From assembly GCA_021820465.1 (NCBI GenBank), contig JAKADP010000001.1, forward strand, positions 45,119-109,118: a stretch of DNA of 64,000 nucleotides. Reading direction: 5' to 3'. This stretch comes from Bacillota bacterium. Its GTDB lineage: Bacteria; Bacillota; Sulfobacillia; Sulfobacillales; JAIMBI01. Position 1 is the stretch's first letter; each line of letters starts with the position of its first letter. Under the pieces are notes generated by a model, which saw only the letters and a program-made list of their open reading frames with translations, had not been told where the DNA came from and ran no database searches. Of the stretch, positions 8,220 to 16,028 are shown piece by piece. The position numbers were made by a program, and so were the translations under genes.

Positions 8220-9069
8220 GCGGCGGGCGCAGGGGTTGGCCGCCGCCGCCCTCCTAGCCGGCGCCCTCGTGCTGGCGTGGGCCCCTCCCCTGTACGGCTG
8301 GCGCTGGCCCGTGGAGGCGGCGGCCCTTCGCGTCAGCGTCTTAGCGGATCCCCAGCTGTCCGCGGGGCCCTTTCAAGTGGCGTATCCGCCCGGGCACCGT
8401 GCGGCCGCCGCCTTGGTGCTGCAGGATATCCAGCGCGACTACCGGGTGGAGCGGGCGAGCCTCGGCGTGACCCTATCCATCCCGCTGCTGGTGGTCATCT
8501 ATCCCACGCGGGCCGCCCTGAACACCAGTGCCGGCCTGCCACCGGGTGCCAACAACATTGGCCTGTACGATGCCGCGACCATCCGGATCGATCTGCCGCG
8601 CGCCTGGATCCCACGGGGTCCTTGGCGTCCCCGGTTTCAGGCGGAGGGGCCCGTGGCCCACGAGCTGGGCCACGCGCTGTTGGATCGCGCTGGCCACGAA
8701 AACTACCCCGCCTGGTTCAACGAGGGGGTGGCCCAGTGGGAGGACTACCGCGCCACGGGCTACCAGTGGCTCACGGCCAGCAACCAGGTGGGCAGCGGCG
8801 CGGGCGTCTATTCCTGGGCGGCCCTCACGGGGCAATTTTACGCACTGCCGCACCAGTCGCTGGCGTATCGCGAGGGATTGAAGCTGGTGGAGTATCTGAG
8901 AAGCTCCGGCTACGGTGGCCCCGCGCGCTTCCGCCGCTTCGTGCACGCGCTGGGCGGATTCGCGTCCTTTGGAGCCACCATGCAGGCGGTGTACCAGATC
9001 CGACCGTCGGCGCTGTATCGCTCCTGGCGCCGCAGCCTGCTGGAAGGCGGATCGGCGCCTCAGCCTTAG
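8203..9069 (+). CDS. Membrane-anchored or secreted gluzincin-type zinc metallopeptidase (HExxH...E)
   Basis: 288 aa. It has an N-terminal Arg-rich stretch plus a hydrophobic anchor (RRRAQGLAAAALLAGALVLAW), the zinc motif VAHELGHALL and a downstream FNEGVAQWED. The start is uncertain: GTG 8203 or the TTG a few codons later. Confidence 0.6.
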   Translation: MAPGRRRRAQGLAAAALLAGALVLAWAPPLYGWRWPVEAAALRVSVLADPQLSAGPFQVAYPPGHRAAAALVLQDIQRDYRVERASLGVTLSIPLLVVIYPTRAALNTSAGLPPGANNIGLYDAATIRIDLPRAWIPRGPWRPRFQAEGPVAHELGHALLDRAGHENYPAWFNEGVAQWEDYRATGYQWLTASNQVGSGAGVYSWAALTGQFYALPHQSLAYREGLKLVEYLRSSGYGGPARFRRFVHALGGFASFGATMQAVYQIRPSALYRSWRRSLLEGGSAPQP

Positions 9070-9626
9070 GTCCCCACCGCAAACAGCGGCAGCTTGAACC
9101 GGCCCCGCAAGAGCGGCACCCACAGCCCCGCTACCAGCAAAAACAGCAGGCCTGCCGGGATGGTGAGGGCCGGCACGCCGACGCCCAGCACGCCGCCCGC
9201 CAACAGCGTCACGATAGCGGTCACCATCGACGCCCACGGCAGATAGCGGCCCGTCGGATAGTGAAAGCAGTGCGCCTCCTTGGCCGCCATAATGGACAAG
9301 GCCGCCAGAGTGAGGGCCACCGCCACCCCCGGCATCCAGGCGGAAGCCGCGACGGCAGCCACGGACAGGCCCAGCACGCCGGTGCGCCACTGGGCCACCC
9401 ACACCAAAAACACGTACGACGCCGTTAGGGTGGCGGCCAGGAGCCACCCCAGCGATACCCACGCCACCGGCGGCACACCCAGCACGAGGCCCACCCCAAA
9501 TCCGGCCAGCCCCGCCGCCGCTGCGACCAGCGCCCAGCGATACACGCGATCCCGCTCCGCCGGATACGGCGGCATCTCAACCCCGTTGGGCGGCGTCAGA
9601 TGCTGGACCAACTGCTCCTGATTCAC
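9066..9626 (-). CDS. Multi-pass integral membrane protein, function unknown
   Basis: 186 aa with about 5-6 hydrophobic helices. GTG 9626 overlaps the stop of the DnaE-like gene (GTGA). An alternative ATG is at 9575 (MPPYPAERD...). Confidence 0.55.
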   Translation of the reverse strand: MNQEQLVQHLTPPNGVEMPPYPAERDRVYRWALVAAAAGLAGFGVGLVLGVPPVAWVSLGWLLAATLTASYVFLVWVAQWRTGVLGLSVAAVAASAWMPGVAVALTLAALSIMAAKEAHCFHYPTGRYLPWASMVTAIVTLLAGGVLGVGVPALTIPAGLLFLLVAGLWVPLLRGRFKLPLFAVGT

Positions 9627-12328
9627 GACCCACCCCGTCTTTCCCGACCCTCAGGGGCGGATACCCCCACGACCACGGACAGCACACCCGGAATGCGCAG
9701 AAGCGACCGCCGTGCGGACACGGACGGGGCGATGTTCACGCCAATTCGCCGGCCCTGCCGCCGCTGCGGCTCCACCACCACCACCTCGGCCGGCCCGCCC
9801 CAATCACGGGCCCACTGTGCCAGTCGGCCCACCGCAGCCTCATCAGCGCGGTCCACCTGAACATACACCCGCCCATCGGGTCGTGGCCAGACCGACGGGC
9901 CCCGTCCCCGCTCCGCGGCGGGGTGCGCCGGCGGCGCCTCCAGGAATCCAAAGTTCAGCTGATCCCCAGCCACGGCGCCGCCTCCCACGCCTGCCAAGCC
10001 GTCCAGCGCCCCCGCCCGCACCAGCGGCTCGAGGCTCGCCGGCCCCCACCGGCCGCCGCGCAGCTCCGCCACGTGGCGGAAGCCCTCGGGGGGCCGTGTG
10101 CGCACCACGTCACGGCCCCACTCCCGCGACAGCCCGCGGATGGCCGAGAGGCCCAGCCGGATGGCGGGCTCGCTCGCGCCGACAGCCCCGGGCTCGAGCG
10201 TCGGCTCCCAGGCGCTGTAATTCACGTGCGGGGCCAGCAGCTGAACCCCCTCCCGCATCGCCGCCAGGGCAGCCGCGCCCCCTGCGTCTCCGCCGTGCGC
10301 CGCCAACTCCCCGGCCCAGAACGCCTGGGGCGCGTGCGCCTTGACGTAGGCGGCATAGTAAGCCACCAAGCCGTAGGCAGCCGCGTGCGCCCGGTTAAAG
10401 CCATATTGGGCAAACGGCACCACCTGCTGCCACAGGTGCTCCGCCTCCACGGCGGGCCCTTGGTGATGGCGGACCCCGTCGACGAACCGCTGCCGCTCCG
10501 CCTCCAGCAAGTCGCGATCCTTTTTGGACACCGCGCGCCGAAAGAGGTCCGCCGCCGCCCAGTCGTATCCGGCAAAGGCGCGCGCCACGGCCATCAGCTG
10601 CTCTTGGTATACCAGGATTCCCAAGGTGTCCGCCAAAAGCTCCTCAAGCGGCGTGGAGGGACGGAAACCCTCCCGGCGCCGCCGCAGATACTCGCCGATT
10701 TGCTCCATCGGCCCCGGCCGATACAGCGAAATCACCAGCATGACGTCCTCGAGGCCGCCAGGGCGCATGGCCCGCAGCAGCTCGCGCACGCCCCGGCCAT
10801 CGAGTTGAAACACGCCATCGGTATCGCCTTGGCCCAGCAGCACGCTGGTGGCTGGATCATCGAGCGGCACCCTGCCAAACCCCGGCGGCAGGCCGGCCAG
10901 CTTCGCGGCGTACTTGAGCGCCGTCAGCGTTCTTAGGCCCAGCAGGTCAAACTTCACCAGCCCCAGCGCTGCCAGCGCGTGCATGTCAAGGCCGGTCACC
11001 GCTTGGTCCTCATGGTGAATCACGGGACTCCACTCGGTCAGAGGGGCCGGCGCGATGACGACGCCTGCCGCGTGCACCGAGGCATGGTGCGGAGTCCCTT
11101 CCAGTTGGGCCGCCACGCGGCGCCAGGCGCCGCCACCTCCGGCCGCCCCTCCCAGGGCCGCGTTCAGCTCAGCCGCGGGCACCGCCAGCACCCGGGCCGT
11201 CTCGCGGAGCGCCGCTCGGGGTCCCAGCGTGCTGTAGGTGCCAATCTGGGCCACCCGATCCGCCCCATAGCGCTCCTGCAAGTACGACACCAGCTCGCCG
11301 CGCCGCGTGTCTTCAATGTCCAAGTCAATATCCGGTGGGCTCGCGCGATGGGGGTTCAGGAAGCGCTCAAACACCAATCCCCAGCGCAGCGGATCGACCT
11401 CCGTGATCCCGAGGCTGTACGCCACCAAGCTGGCCGCGGCGGATCCCCGCCCTGGACCGACCGCAATGCCGCGCTCGCGCGCCGCCGCCACGACGTCCGC
11501 CACCACCAAAAAGTAATCGGCAAACTTCAAGGAGACAATGGTCGCCAGCTCCTGCGCGAGCCGGTCCTGATGCGCGTGGGGCACCGCGCCCCGCCAGCGG
11601 GCGGCCAGCCCGGCCCGCGCCTGGCGAGCCAGGAGGTCGGCGGCCGAGGCGCCCGCGTCAAATCGGACGGGCGACGGCGCCCGAGGGAGCACGTGATCCG
11701 ATACCGCCTCCACGAGGTGGGCCCACGCTTGGACGGCCGGGTGGTGGGCGCCAAAACGGCCCGCCAGCTCGGCGGCCGGCACCGGGGGCCCCCCCACGTC
11801 GGCGGCGGTCGGTTGCGGCCCCATGCGGCGCAGCACGGTCCAGGCTTCCCGGGCGTCGGGCGCCCCAAACCTGACGGGCGCGGCCGCGATGGGAGGCCAC
11901 CCTCCGGCGGCGAGAGTGTCGGGGCTCGAGACCATCATCCACCCGGGACTCTCCCGCGGGGGCACCAAGGCGGTGCCAGGACGCACCAGCCACACGAGGT
12001 GCCTGTCGTCCATCACCTCCGGCGGCCGCGGCGGCCCCGGCGCGGCGAGCTGGCACAGCAAGGGCCACCCTCGGCGGCTGCGGGCGACCACATGCACCAC
12101 ATCCACCCCGCGGGCGCCCGCGACGGGCACCGCCGCACCGACCATCGGCTTGAGGCCGGCAGCGGTGCCGGCTTCCACCCAGGCCACCGCCCCGTTGAGG
12201 TTCTCCCAATCGGCCAACACCGCGGCCGTGTACCCGTGGCCCGCCAGCAGGTGCGCCAGTTGGGCAGGCGCCCCGAGCGCCCGGCCCAGCGACCAGTGCG
12301 ACCAGACATCGGCCGCCACCGCCGTCAT
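9623..12328 (-). CDS. dnaE: DNA polymerase III alpha-subunit-like protein (DnaE family), short 901-aa form
   Basis: Polymerase core motifs are present: GRGSAAASLVAYSLGITEVDP, PDIDLDI, HAAGVVIAP, KFDLLGLRTLT, VYQEQLM and YGFNRAHAAAYG. The N-terminal PHP-like region lacks the usual His/Asp ligands. The C-terminal region is too short for an OB fold. Confidence 0.8.
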   Translation of the reverse strand: MTAVAADVWSHWSLGRALGAPAQLAHLLAGHGYTAAVLADWENLNGAVAWVEAGTAAGLKPMVGAAVPVAGARGVDVVHVVARSRRGWPLLCQLAAPGPPRPPEVMDDRHLVWLVRPGTALVPPRESPGWMMVSSPDTLAAGGWPPIAAAPVRFGAPDAREAWTVLRRMGPQPTAADVGGPPVPAAELAGRFGAHHPAVQAWAHLVEAVSDHVLPRAPSPVRFDAGASAADLLARQARAGLAARWRGAVPHAHQDRLAQELATIVSLKFADYFLVVADVVAAARERGIAVGPGRGSAAASLVAYSLGITEVDPLRWGLVFERFLNPHRASPPDIDLDIEDTRRGELVSYLQERYGADRVAQIGTYSTLGPRAALRETARVLAVPAAELNAALGGAAGGGGAWRRVAAQLEGTPHHASVHAAGVVIAPAPLTEWSPVIHHEDQAVTGLDMHALAALGLVKFDLLGLRTLTALKYAAKLAGLPPGFGRVPLDDPATSVLLGQGDTDGVFQLDGRGVRELLRAMRPGGLEDVMLVISLYRPGPMEQIGEYLRRRREGFRPSTPLEELLADTLGILVYQEQLMAVARAFAGYDWAAADLFRRAVSKKDRDLLEAERQRFVDGVRHHQGPAVEAEHLWQQVVPFAQYGFNRAHAAAYGLVAYYAAYVKAHAPQAFWAGELAAHGGDAGGAAALAAMREGVQLLAPHVNYSAWEPTLEPGAVGASEPAIRLGLSAIRGLSREWGRDVVRTRPPEGFRHVAELRGGRWGPASLEPLVRAGALDGLAGVGGGAVAGDQLNFGFLEAPPAHPAAERGRGPSVWPRPDGRVYVQVDRADEAAVGRLAQWARDWGGPAEVVVVEPQRRQGRRIGVNIAPSVSARRSLLRIPGVLSVVVGVSAPEGRERRGGS

Positions 12329-14178
12329 GACCCGGCCTTGCGCTCCCGCTTGCGCTCGTGCCGATCCAGCGTCGCCTTGCGAATGCGCAGGTTAGCAGGC
12401 GTAATCTCCAGCAATTCGTCACTGGCCAGATATTCGAGCGCCCCGTCCAAGGTCAGCGCTCGGGGCGTCGGCAGCCGGATGGCCTCTTCCGACCCCGTGT
12501 TGCGAACGTTGGTCACGTGCTTTTTCTTGCACACGTTAATCTCGAGGTCCTGCGGCCGGCTGTTTTCGCCCACCACCATGCCGGGATACACGGGGGTCAT
12601 CGGGCCAATGAAGAGGACCCCCCGCTGCTGGGCGTTGTCCAGCGCGTAGGCGGTGGCGGGGCCCGCCTCCAGCGCCACGAGGGCCCCGCGCGGCGCGGCC
12701 GTCATGGGCCCCGCGTAGGGCCGGTAGCCCAGAAACAAGTGATTCATGACGCCATAGCCGCGCGTGTCCGTCAAAAACACCGAGCGAAAGCCCAAGAGGC
12801 CGCGGGCCGGGACGTGAAACTCGAGGCGGGTTTGGCCGGGACCGGCGGGCGCCATCACCTGCATGGCGGCGCGCCGCGGCCCCAAGCGCTCCATGACCAC
12901 CCCCACGTACTCATCCGGCAGGTCCAGCACCAAGTGCTCATACGGCTCCATCCGGCCCTCGGGCGTGTCGTGCATAATCACCTCCGGCTTGGAGACGGCC
13001 ATTTCAAAGCCCTCACGCCGCATGGTCTCCAAGAGGATGCCCAAGTGCAATTCCCCGCGCCCCGACACCCGAAAGACGTCGGGGTTCTCCGTGTCCTCCA
13101 CCCGAAGGCCGATGTTGCGCTCCTGCTCGCGATACAGGCGCTCCCGCAGGTGTCGGCTGGTCACGTACTGCCCCTCGCGGCCCGCAAAGGGGCTGGTGTT
13201 GACGCCGACCAGCACGGTAAGGGTGGGCTCGTCAACGGTCAGGGGCACCAGCCCGACGGGGTTGTCGGGGTCGGCGATGGTGTCGCCAATGGACACGCCG
13301 TCAATCCCCGCGACCGAGACGATGTCGCCAGTCCCCACGTGCTCTACCTCGACGCGCCGCAGCCCCACCCGGCCAAACAGCTTGGCGACGCGGCTCCGCG
13401 TAACCTGTCCCTCGTGATTGACTAAAGCCACCGTCTGGCCGGCCCGAATGCTTCCCTGGGACACGCGGCCAATGCCGAGGCGGCCCACATAGTCATCATG
13501 CTCCAGGGTCGTGACCTGGAGCTGGAGCGGGGCCTCCGGGTCGCCGGCCGGAGCCGGCACACGCGCCACAATCGTTTCGAACAGGGGGCCCAAATCGTCG
13601 TGGCCGGCCAGCGTCGGGCTGGGCGCCGCCACGCCCGCCTTCGCCGCGGTGTACACGATGGGGAAGTCGAGCTGTTCGTCAGTGGCGTCCAGGTCCATAA
13701 AAAGCTCCAAGACGCCTTCAAGCGCTTCGGCCGGACGCGCGCCGGCCCGGTCCATCTTGTTCAGAACCAGAATGGGATGCAGGCCAGCCGCCAGCGCCTT
13801 GGTCAGAACATAGCGCGTTTGGGGCATGGGTCCCTCCAGCGCATCCACGACGAGCAGCGCGCCGTCCACCATGCTGAGCACCCGCTCCACCTCGCCCCCG
13901 AAGTCCGCGTGCCCCGGCGTGTCGACGATGTTGATCCGGTAGTCGCGATAAGGCACCGAGGTCGTTTTGGCCAAAATCGTGATGCCGCGCTCGCGCTCCA
14001 GCTCGTTGGTGTCCATCGCCCGCTCTCCCACCTGGCCGGGGTCGCGGAAGATGCCGCTCTGGCGCAACATGGCATCCACCAGCGTTGTCTTGCCGTGGTC
14101 CACGTGTGCGATGATGGCAATGTTGCGAATGTGGCTCTGCGCCACCAGCTCCAAAGTGTCCACTGTCCTTAGCTCCAA
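12325..14178 (-). CDS. typA: Translational GTPase TypA/BipA
   Basis: 617 aa. It contains [31 protein letters not shown] and NKMD, with an EF-G-like domain order. The stop overlaps the ATG of the DnaE-like gene (ATGA). The true start may be GTG 14163 rather than TTG 14178. Confidence 0.9.
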   Translation of the reverse strand: MELRTVDTLELVAQSHIRNIAIIAHVDHGKTTLVDAMLRQSGIFRDPGQVGERAMDTNELERERGITILAKTTSVPYRDYRINIVDTPGHADFGGEVERVLSMVDGALLVVDALEGPMPQTRYVLTKALAAGLHPILVLNKMDRAGARPAEALEGVLELFMDLDATDEQLDFPIVYTAAKAGVAAPSPTLAGHDDLGPLFETIVARVPAPAGDPEAPLQLQVTTLEHDDYVGRLGIGRVSQGSIRAGQTVALVNHEGQVTRSRVAKLFGRVGLRRVEVEHVGTGDIVSVAGIDGVSIGDTIADPDNPVGLVPLTVDEPTLTVLVGVNTSPFAGREGQYVTSRHLRERLYREQERNIGLRVEDTENPDVFRVSGRGELHLGILLETMRREGFEMAVSKPEVIMHDTPEGRMEPYEHLVLDLPDEYVGVVMERLGPRRAAMQVMAPAGPGQTRLEFHVPARGLLGFRSVFLTDTRGYGVMNHLFLGYRPYAGPMTAAPRGALVALEAGPATAYALDNAQQRGVLFIGPMTPVYPGMVVGENSRPQDLEINVCKKKHVTNVRNTGSEEAIRLPTPRALTLDGALEYLASDELLEITPANLRIRKATLDRHERKRERKAGS

Positions 14179-14261
14179 ACTTCGTCCAAAATTCTTCCGC
14201 CGTGCTTGGTCGCGCTGCCCTCTAGCCGTCGGCCCGACGCCGCAGAAGCAGTCAGCCTCCT

Positions 14262-14290
14262 AGTGTAGCGCAACCGCTCGTGTGAGCCAA
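14262..14290 (-). promoter_or_regulatory. Candidate sigma-A promoter for typA (TTGGCT-N17-TACACT)
   Basis: Minus-strand -35 is TTGGCT (14290-14285). Minus-strand -10 is TACACT (14267-14262). Spacer is 17 nt, and the promoter sits about 85 nt upstream of the typA start. Match is moderate. Confidence 0.3.
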
Positions 14291-14509
14291 GCGCACCACC
14301 GAACCGCCATCTGGGGGACGTCTCGAGGATGCCGCGCATCGCGTCGGTCGGCTGCCGCCACGCCACCCTGGCGAGGACTACACGGCTCTCGATGCGCGGG
14401 TCGCGCGCGTCACCGGCCGAGGGCGACAGCGAAGGAAGAGCCGGGTGCCAGCGCCACATGGCCACAGCCCTGGCTGCGGGCGCCGTACCCGCTCTTGCGG
14501 CCGGCGCCC

Positions 14510-14531
14510 GATCTTCTCCAGATCTTCTCCA
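14510..14531. repeat. Perfect 11-bp tandem duplication GATCTTCTCCA x2 next to an AT-rich island
   Basis: Read directly: gatcttctcca gatcttctcca followed by tatattatgg. This is the only AT-rich patch in the 460-nt murD-typA spacer. Confidence 0.9.
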
Positions 14532-14637
14532 TATATTATGGATGGCCTTCTGGATGGACGAGGCTCGCCGCCGTCTGTTCGATGACGGGCCGGGGGACAT
14601 GGATGCCATTGACCTCGTTGGCGTCGCCGTCCGGCGG

Positions 14638-16026
14638 TCAGTGATCCAGGTGCGCTGCCACCAGGGCTCGAAACCGCTGGCCCCGCTCCTCAAAATTTCG
14701 GAAGGCGTCATAGCTCGCGGATGCCGGCGACAGCAGCACCACGTCCCCGGGTCGGGCGGCCTGCAGGGCCGCCTGGACGGCCTCGTCGAACGGGAGGGGG
14801 CCGATCAGGTGGGGGCCCGTGCCCGGGGCCGCCGCGGCCCGGATGGCGTCGGCGATGGCGGGCCCTGTCGGCCCCGTGAGCGCGACAATGCGGGCCCGCT
14901 CCGCGAGCGCGCGGCCCAGCGCGCTGTAGTCCAAGTGCTTGTCGTATCCTCCGGCCACCAGCACCAGCCCGCGCGCCTGCCCGCCCCAGCGATCGGCAAT
15001 CGCCTCCAGCGCCGCCAGCGTTCGGTCGGGGGCCGTGGCGATGGAGTCGTTGATGTAGCGAATGCCGCCCTGAACCGCCACCGGCTCCAGCCGGTGCGGC
15101 ACGCCGCGGAAGGCTGCCAGCGCCGCCGCCACCGCCCCGGGGTCGGCGCCTGCCCGGAGCGCCAGGGCCATCGCCACCAGCGCGTTGTGAACGTTCATGC
15201 GGCCGGGCAGCTGCCAGTGGTCCAAGGTCTGGACCGGAATGGCGGTCCGACCGGTCTCGGGACGCCACATCATCGTCCGCCCGTCCAGATACGCCCCGCG
15301 CTCGACCGGGCCGGTCAGGGACACCGTATCCCGCTGCCCCCGATGCTGGGCCAGCGCCGCCGCCATCAGCGGCGGGGGCGCCGCGTCGGTCACCAGGAAG
15401 TCGTCGGGGCCCTGAAACTGAAAAATGCGCGCCTTGGCGGCCGCATACTCGGCCATGTCGCGGTGGTGGTCGAGGTGGTTCGGGGACAGATTCAGCACGG
15501 CCGCCCCGGCCGGGCTCCTAGTCACCAGCTCCAGCTGAAAGCTCGACAGCTCCATTACGACCCAGTCGGCGGGCTTGATGGCATCCACGCTGGCCAAGAG
15601 ACTTCGCCCGATGTTGCCCCCCACGTGCACGGGCCGGCTGCCGTCTTCGACCAGCATGGCCCCCAGCAGCGTCGTGGTCGTCGTTTTGCCCGCGGATCCT
15701 GTTATGCCCAGCACCGGTGCTGGGCACGCCGACAAAAACAGGTCGGTCTCACAGGTGAGCACCGCGCCGGCCGCCAGCCGCTGCACGTCGGGGTGGTGCG
15801 GCGGGATGCCCGGCGTGAGATAAATGCGGTCGTACGGGGCGTGCGCCAGCGCCTCTTCCATATAGCTCGGCCCGACGGCCCACCGGACGGACTGCGCCTT
15901 GGGGTCTACCACGCCGTCGTGCCGGTCCGCCACCGTGATCTGGGCCCCCCGCGCGGCCCAGTACGGTAACAGCGGCGCGTTGTTGATGCCAAGCCCCAGG
16001 ATGAGAATGCTCTCCGGCGCTGCCAC
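14638..16026 (-). CDS. murD: UDP-N-acetylmuramoylalanine--D-glutamate ligase
   Basis: C-terminal 462 aa of ORF 14638..16629. It contains ILILGLG, GITGSAGKTTTTTLLG, GGNIG, ELSSFQLE and SPASASYDAFRNFEERG. The best start is GTG 16026, two nt after the aminotransferase stop. No SD is seen, so the start is tentative. Confidence 0.85.
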   Translation of the reverse strand: MAAPESILILGLGINNAPLLPYWAARGAQITVADRHDGVVDPKAQSVRWAVGPSYMEEALAHAPYDRIYLTPGIPPHHPDVQRLAAGAVLTCETDLFLSACPAPVLGITGSAGKTTTTTLLGAMLVEDGSRPVHVGGNIGRSLLASVDAIKPADWVVMELSSFQLELVTRSPAGAAVLNLSPNHLDHHRDMAEYAAAKARIFQFQGPDDFLVTDAAPPPLMAAALAQHRGQRDTVSLTGPVERGAYLDGRTMMWRPETGRTAIPVQTLDHWQLPGRMNVHNALVAMALALRAGADPGAVAAALAAFRGVPHRLEPVAVQGGIRYINDSIATAPDRTLAALEAIADRWGGQARGLVLVAGGYDKHLDYSALGRALAERARIVALTGPTGPAIADAIRAAAAPGTGPHLIGPLPFDEAVQAALQAARPGDVVLLSPASASYDAFRNFEERGQRFRALVAAHLDH

Positions 16027-16028
16027 CG

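Noticed and set aside
10979-12649. Long plus-strand ORF (556 aa) antisense to the DnaE-like gene. Similar long alternative-frame ORFs occur at 14329-15969, 30976-32685, 34687-36009, 35967-37199, 36353-37057 and 59675-60328.
   Set aside because: Their products are Arg/Pro/Gly/His-rich and of low complexity, with no motifs. Each lies entirely opposite or out of frame to a gene with unmistakable conserved motifs. Such shadow ORFs are expected at this GC content because stop codons are rare.
14431-14449. GAAGGAAGAGCCGGGTGCC on the plus strand resembles the RNase P RNA CR-I block GAGGAAAGUCCGGGC and the SRP RNA GGAAGGAAGCAGCC motif.
   Set aside because: The match is imperfect. The other universally conserved RNase P or SRP blocks are not present within the available non-coding space, and the expected 3' elements would fall inside murD.
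14536-14637. In-frame continuation after the murD TGA: 33 further sense codons with G/C-rich third positions, hinting at stop-codon read-through or a recent nonsense mutation.
   Set aside because: MurD already ends at its normal position, just after the conserved SPA-AS-D-F-NFE-RG block. The extension has no start codon of its own and no recognisable similarity. It is probably chance in GC-rich DNA.
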